This document shows, piece by piece, positions 59,253-64,000 of a DNA stretch of 64,000 nucleotides. Source of the DNA: an uncultured Thermoprotei archaeon (GTDB lineage Archaea > Thermoproteota > Thermoprotei > Thermofilales > B15-G2). The notes under the pieces were generated by a model. It was given only the letters and a program-made list of their open reading frames with translations. It did not search any database and had not been told where the DNA came from. The stretch spans positions 32,001-96,000 of the forward strand of contig CBDUKN010000003.1 in NCBI GenBank assembly GCA_965367815.1. Reading direction: 5' to 3'. Position numbers and translations under genes: made by a program. Every line of letters begins with the position of its first letter. Position 1 is the first letter of the stretch.

Positions 59253-60389
59253 GTGGGGTTACATGCAGTACTAGTGCTCGAAGATGGCTCGGTTTTCAGA
59301 GGCAAGGGTTTCGGGGCTGTCGGCGAGGCTATAGGTGAAGTGGTCTTTACTACCGGAATGGTTGGATACTGTGAGTCGTTAACAGATCCCTCTTATAGAG
59401 GGCAGATTCTGTGTTTTACTTACCCGCTTATAGGGAATTATGGTGTTCCCAGCTATTCTCATGTAGATTATTACAAGCTTCCATTATTCTTTGAGTCACA
59501 TCAAATACACGTTACTGGAGTAATAGTCCACGAGGCCTGTAAGACTCCTAGTCACTGGGCTTCAGTTAAGAGTTTTCCTGAGTGGCTTGAAGAAGAAGGT
59601 ATTCCAGGTATAGAGGGAATTGATACGCGGATGCTTGTTCAGAAGCTGAGAGAGCATGGAGTAATGATGGGTATATTGAGTGTCTCAGAGGAGGAAGTCA
59701 ATGAAGCGGAGCTTTACAGAAAGCTCTGTAAAGCCGAGAAATATAGTGCTAGGCGCTTTGTGGAAGAAGTTTCGCCTAAGGAGCCCGTTTTCCACGAAAT
59801 CGAGGATTCTAGAGGCACGGTCGTGGTTTTAGACTGCGGCGTGAAACTAAGTATTGTCAGATGTCTTTTGAAGAGGAAGTTTTCTGTAGTTAGAGTTCCT
59901 TACTACTATCAGCTACATGATATAATGGAGTTTAAGCCGTGTGGAATAGTTGTAAGCAATGGGCCAGGCAACCCTGTTCTCTACGAGGAAACAGTAAGTA
60001 CTATAAGAGACATTATTGATGAAAAATTGCCTATACTAGGTATCTGCTTGGGAAATCAGCTTATCGCACTAGCTCTCGGAGCATCTACTTTTAAGCTGAA
60101 GTACGGCCACAGGGGCTTAAATAAGCCGTGTGTTGACTTGACTACAGGAAAAAGCTACGTTACTAGCCAAAACCACGGCTATGCTGTTGACGCTAAGAGC
60201 CTGAAGGGAACTGGTCTTAAAGTATGGTTCATTAACGCAGACGACAAGACTATCGAAGGACTGCGCCACGAAAAGCTCCCCGTTATCTCTGTCCAGTTCC
60301 ACCCGGAGGCCTCTCCCGGCCCCTTAGATACTGCCTGGGTTTTCGACTTATTCGCTGAAATGGTGGTTAAGTATGGAGTTTCCAAGTAA
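59253..60389 (+). CDS. carA: Carbamoyl-phosphate synthase small subunit
   Basis: LEDGS, TDPSY.GQ, SNGPG, GICLG, SQNHG, QFHPEASPGP; likely start GTG 59253. Confidence 0.97.
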   Translation: MGLHAVLVLEDGSVFRGKGFGAVGEAIGEVVFTTGMVGYCESLTDPSYRGQILCFTYPLIGNYGVPSYSHVDYYKLPLFFESHQIHVTGVIVHEACKTPSHWASVKSFPEWLEEEGIPGIEGIDTRMLVQKLREHGVMMGILSVSEEEVNEAELYRKLCKAEKYSARRFVEEVSPKEPVFHEIEDSRGTVVVLDCGVKLSIVRCLLKRKFSVVRVPYYYQLHDIMEFKPCGIVVSNGPGNPVLYEETVSTIRDIIDEKLPILGICLGNQLIALALGASTFKLKYGHRGLNKPCVDLTTGKSYVTSQNHGYAVDAKSLKGTGLKVWFINADDKTIEGLRHEKLPVISVQFHPEASPGPLDTAWVFDLFAEMVVKYGVSK

Positions 60390-63300
60390 AGTACTCTTAC
60401 TGGGGTCTGGCGCCATTAAAATAGCTGAAGCAGCGGAATTCGACTACAGCGGCTCACAGGCAATTAAGGCCCTTAAAGAAGAGGGAATCAAAGTAGTCTT
60501 AGTGAACCCTAATATAGCTACTATTCAGACAGATCCTAGGCTAGCTGATAAAGTGTACTTGCTTCCAGTAAGATCTTTCTTCGTAGAAAAAGTGATAGAA
60601 AAGGAGAGGCCCGATGGAATACTTTTGGGCTTCGGGGGACAAGCGGCACTAAACTGCGGCGTAGAGCTGTATAAGCGTGGTGTTTTAGCGAAATACGATG
60701 TCAAGGTTCTAGGAACACCTATTGAGGCAATAGAGAGAGCTTCGAATAGAGAGCTTTTCCGCAAAACAATGATCGAGGCCGGGCTTCCTGTCCCTCCATC
60801 TAGAGCGGTTTCTTCCCTTGAGGAAGCCTTGGAAGCTGCTGAAGAGCTAGGCTATCCTCTAATAATGAGAGTAGCGTACAACTTGGGTGGAAGAGGCTCC
60901 TCTATACTCTTCTCAGAGAAAGATCTCAGAGAACGTGTCCCGAAGGGTCTTGCACAAAGTATGATTAGACAAGTGTTGCTAGAGAAGTACCTGGGTAAGT
61001 GGAAGGAAATAGAGTACGAGGTAGTTAGAGACTGTAAAGGCAATGTCGTAGTCCCGGTGTGCTTAGAGAACGTAGACCCTATGGGTGTTCACACAGGAGA
61101 CTCTATTGTAGTAGGACCTTCGCAGACAATCAGCAATAGAGAGTACTACGCTATGAGAGAGGCCTCAATCAAAGCGGCGGGGGCAGTAGGTATCATAGGT
61201 GAGTGCAATATACAGTTTGCCTTGAGCCCGATTAGCGAAGACTTCTATGTTATTGAAATGAACCCGCGTATGAGCAGGTCTTCAGCGCTAGCCAGTAAGG
61301 CTTCAGGATATCCCTTAGCCTATATCGCAGCAAAGCTTGCACTAGGATACACTCTCCCGGAGCTTATCAACACTGTTACTGGAGCGACTACAGCGGCTTT
61401 CGAGCCTTCACTAGACTACGTAGTAGTGAAAATACCTAGATGGGATTTCAGTAAATTTAGCAAAGTTGACAGAAGGCTATGTACGCAGATGAAGAGCGTC
61501 GGCGAGGTAATGGCTATAGGGAGGTGTTTCGAGGAAGCACTGCAGAAAGCAATAAGAATGCTAGATATAGGTAAAATAGGGCTAGTCTGCAACGATGAGG
61601 ACAAGTACACGGACCCACGGGAGCTTTTAGAAAGGCTTAAGGAGAGAGACGATGAGTGGATTTTTCTTGCAGCTAGAGCACTTGAGCTAGGGGTGCCAGT
61701 CGACGTTATAAGTGAAGTAACTGGAGTAGATAGGTGGTTTATCTATAAGATAAAGAATATTGTTGAAATGAAGAAAAAGCTTCTGAAAGCAAGAGGGCTT
61801 AGTGAAAGAGAACTAAGAGAGCTTATTAGAGAAGCTAAGAGACTGGGTTTCAGCGACAAACAGATAGCTAAGTGCCTTGGCTGCAGTGAAAGCGAGGTCA
61901 GAAAGTTTAGGAAAAGACTCGGTGTAGTGCCTGTAGTGAAGAAAATAGATACATTGGCTGCTGAGTGGCCTGCTAAAGCAAATTACCTTTACGTAACCTA
62001 TGGAGGCTGCGTAGACGACGTCGACTTCGGCGAAAGAAGCAAGGTCATAGTGCTGGGCTCGAGCACTTTCCGCATAGGAGTATCAGTTGAATTCGACTGG
62101 GCTACAGTAAATGCGGTATGGGCTTTAAGGAAGCATGGAGTAAAAGAAGTAATAGTAGTTAACTGCAATCCCGAGACTGTTTCAACAGACTGGGATATAG
62201 CGGATAAACTCTACTTCGAGGAAGTAACTCTCGAGAGAGTTCTAGATATATATGAGAAGGAAAAGCCTCACGGAGTTGTAGTCTCAATGGGAGGGCAGAC
62301 ACCAAACAATATAGCATTGAAGCTATACAAAAACGGAGTCTCTGTTTTAGGAACAAGCCCCGTAAATATTGATGAAGCAGAAGACAGATCAAAGTTCAGT
62401 AAAATTCTAGCAGAACTCAAAATAAAGCAGCCTCCTTGGATCGAAGCCAGCGACCTCGAACAGGTACTAGAGTTCGCGAGAAAAGTAGGCTATCCTGTCG
62501 TAGTTCGTCCCTCCTATGTGATAGGAGGAGCCGCTATGAAAACATGCTACAGTGAAAAAGAGTTAATTAAGTACTTGAACGAAGCCGCTAAAATATCTCC
62601 TGAGCACCCGGTTGTAGTATCTAAGTTCATTGAAGGCGCAGCTGAAGTAGAAGTAGACGCCGTTTCTGACGGAGAAAAAGTCCTAGTTGGAGCTGTTATA
62701 GAGCACATCGAGCCCGCTGGAGTACATTCTGGAGACGCGACAATGGTTATTCCTCCAGTTACTTTAAGCAGGGAGGCTTACACGAAAATACTGGACTATA
62801 CTCTGAAAATATGCCGTAGGCTTAAAGTCCGAGGACCGATAAATATACAGTTTCTAGTAAAGAACGGTGAAGTATATGTCATTGAAGCAAATGTTAGAGC
62901 CTCGCGCTCAATGCCTTTTGTAAGCAAATCTGTTTCAGTAAACTTGGCTGAAGAAGCAGTTAAAGTAATGCTAGGGAATAAGCTGGAAATAGAGGGAGAC
63001 ATAGCTGTAGCTAAGCCTAAGTACTATGCAGTCAAGTACCCCCAGTTTTCTTGGATGCAGCTCACTGGAGCAGACCCACAGCTAGACGTAAACATGAGGT
63101 CCACCGGAGAAGTAGCAGCACGTGGCCGTAGCCTGTACGAAGCATTTATTAAAGCTTGGCTGGCTTCAGAGCCAAGTAAGTATCCTGTCAAAAAAGTACT
63201 AATATACTCGGAAGACACAGCTACCAAAGAATTAGCTAAAATAGTGCCACCTAAAATCAAAGTGTACTTAGTGGACAGAAATGAAGGAGCATTCAGCAAA

Positions 63301-63471
63301 GCCTTAGTTCTCTTAAAGAGGCGTGAAGTAGACGTAGCAATAATACTCGGCAATGGAGATAAAGCATACTTGCTTAAAAGAGCTGCAGCAGACTATAATG
63401 TCCCTCTTATTCTGCACAGAGATACTGCAAAAATGCTGTTAATATCATTAAAGCTCTGCAAACTACACTAG
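60373..63471 (+). CDS. carB: Carbamoyl-phosphate synthase large subunit
   Basis: EFDYSG.QA, GVHTGDS, EMNPR.SRSS, duplicated ATP-grasp, short MGS-like tail. Confidence 0.97.
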   Translation: MEFPSKVLLLGSGAIKIAEAAEFDYSGSQAIKALKEEGIKVVLVNPNIATIQTDPRLADKVYLLPVRSFFVEKVIEKERPDGILLGFGGQAALNCGVELYKRGVLAKYDVKVLGTPIEAIERASNRELFRKTMIEAGLPVPPSRAVSSLEEALEAAEELGYPLIMRVAYNLGGRGSSILFSEKDLRERVPKGLAQSMIRQVLLEKYLGKWKEIEYEVVRDCKGNVVVPVCLENVDPMGVHTGDSIVVGPSQTISNREYYAMREASIKAAGAVGIIGECNIQFALSPISEDFYVIEMNPRMSRSSALASKASGYPLAYIAAKLALGYTLPELINTVTGATTAAFEPSLDYVVVKIPRWDFSKFSKVDRRLCTQMKSVGEVMAIGRCFEEALQKAIRMLDIGKIGLVCNDEDKYTDPRELLERLKERDDEWIFLAARALELGVPVDVISEVTGVDRWFIYKIKNIVEMKKKLLKARGLSERELRELIREAKRLGFSDKQIAKCLGCSESEVRKFRKRLGVVPVVKKIDTLAAEWPAKANYLYVTYGGCVDDVDFGERSKVIVLGSSTFRIGVSVEFDWATVNAVWALRKHGVKEVIVVNCNPETVSTDWDIADKLYFEEVTLERVLDIYEKEKPHGVVVSMGGQTPNNIALKLYKNGVSVLGTSPVNIDEAEDRSKFSKILAELKIKQPPWIEASDLEQVLEFARKVGYPVVVRPSYVIGGAAMKTCYSEKELIKYLNEAAKISPEHPVVVSKFIEGAAEVEVDAVSDGEKVLVGAVIEHIEPAGVHSGDATMVIPPVTLSREAYTKILDYTLKICRRLKVRGPINIQFLVKNGEVYVIEANVRASRSMPFVSKSVSVNLAEEAVKVMLGNKLEIEGDIAVAKPKYYAVKYPQFSWMQLTGADPQLDVNMRSTGEVAARGRSLYEAFIKAWLASEPSKYPVKKVLIYSEDTATKELAKIVPPKIKVYLVDRNEGAFSKALVLLKRREVDVAIILGNGDKAYLLKRAAADYNVPLILHRDTAKMLLISLKLCKLH

Positions 63472-63521
63472 CTCAAGCAGCGTTCTACGCTGACTTCCAT
63501 GAACATAAATACTCTATACAG

Positions 63522-63917
63522 CTAACGAGAACTATTTAGTACTTCTAACACTTGCTGAGGACCATCCAGTAAAATCTTCAGCTTATTTAGTATTTCGCGG
63601 CCAACTAACTTTTTCCTAATATAGGGCGATGAATAAACATACGCGTACAAAATCTTGTTCTCTAATTCTATTTTAGTGAAAGCTCTATACAACTTAATAG
63701 TATTGCCTGTAGCGAACCGCCCTACTAGAGGATAAGGTTCTTCAGCTAACATTAGCTCTAGTTTTAAGTAAATGTCATAGGGTACTAGAATTCCTCCGGC
63801 AAAGCCTGTATCTACTTTAAAAGTTAATGTAAGGCTTTTATCGTCGTATGGAGAGTAGACTTTGAGTACTAGTACTGGCACTGGAGGATCTTCGGCAGTA
63901 CTATAAGGCTCTCTCAC
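63522..63917 (-). CDS. Clan AA (retropepsin-like) aspartic protease
   Basis: KVDTGFAG and LVGREILN motifs. Confidence 0.85.
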   Translation of the reverse strand: MREPYSTAEDPPVPVLVLKVYSPYDDKSLTLTFKVDTGFAGGILVPYDIYLKLELMLAEEPYPLVGRFATGNTIKLYRAFTKIELENKILYAYVYSSPYIRKKLVGREILNKLKILLDGPQQVLEVLNSSR

Positions 63918-64000
63918 TCAACCACCTCAAATAAAGACATACCGAGCTCAATTATCCTAATTTTCTTGGGCTCAACTCTAGTGACTATCGCGTGCCGAGG
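63914..64000 (-). CDS. 3' end of partner gene upstream of the aspartic protease
   Basis: ...PRHAIVTRVEPKKIRIIELGMSLFEVVE*; GTGA overlap with the protease start. Confidence 0.55.
   Translation of the reverse strand, partial: PRHAIVTRVEPKKIRIIELGMSLFEVVE

Overview
AT-rich archaeal chromosomal window. Gene style and content (Sulfolobus-type OB-fold SSBs, AMP phosphorylase, archaeal ATPases, a C/D-box sRNA, BRE/TATA promoters) fit a thermophilic Thermoproteota, possibly Thermofilaceae-like; this taxonomy is inference. Housekeeping genes (tldD/pmbA, dcd, carAB, AMP phosphorylase, PiT/DUF47, ssb x2) are mixed with sugar/sugar-acid catabolic genes, glycosyltransferases, two radical SAM/SPASM enzymes, many toxin-antitoxin modules and about ten broken genes. 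No rRNA, tRNA, CRISPR array or transposase was recognised. Most notable: (1) two independent three-gene cassettes (36829-37857, 42881-43903) in which a PIN gene sits between two paralogous small HTH-like genes sharing a perfect 118-bp or 112-bp direct repeat, with all four repeat copies ending at the same 13-nt sequence; (2) a DUF3800 (RNase H-fold) gene apparently sharing a bidirectional promoter with a divergent structured ncRNA; (3) an unassigned ~100-nt rod-like RNA with its own promoter; (4) a C/D-box sRNA, an MFS-cytidylate-kinase-like fusion and a Cys-rich secreted protein/immunity-like pair. All family calls come from motif recognition by eye, without database searches.
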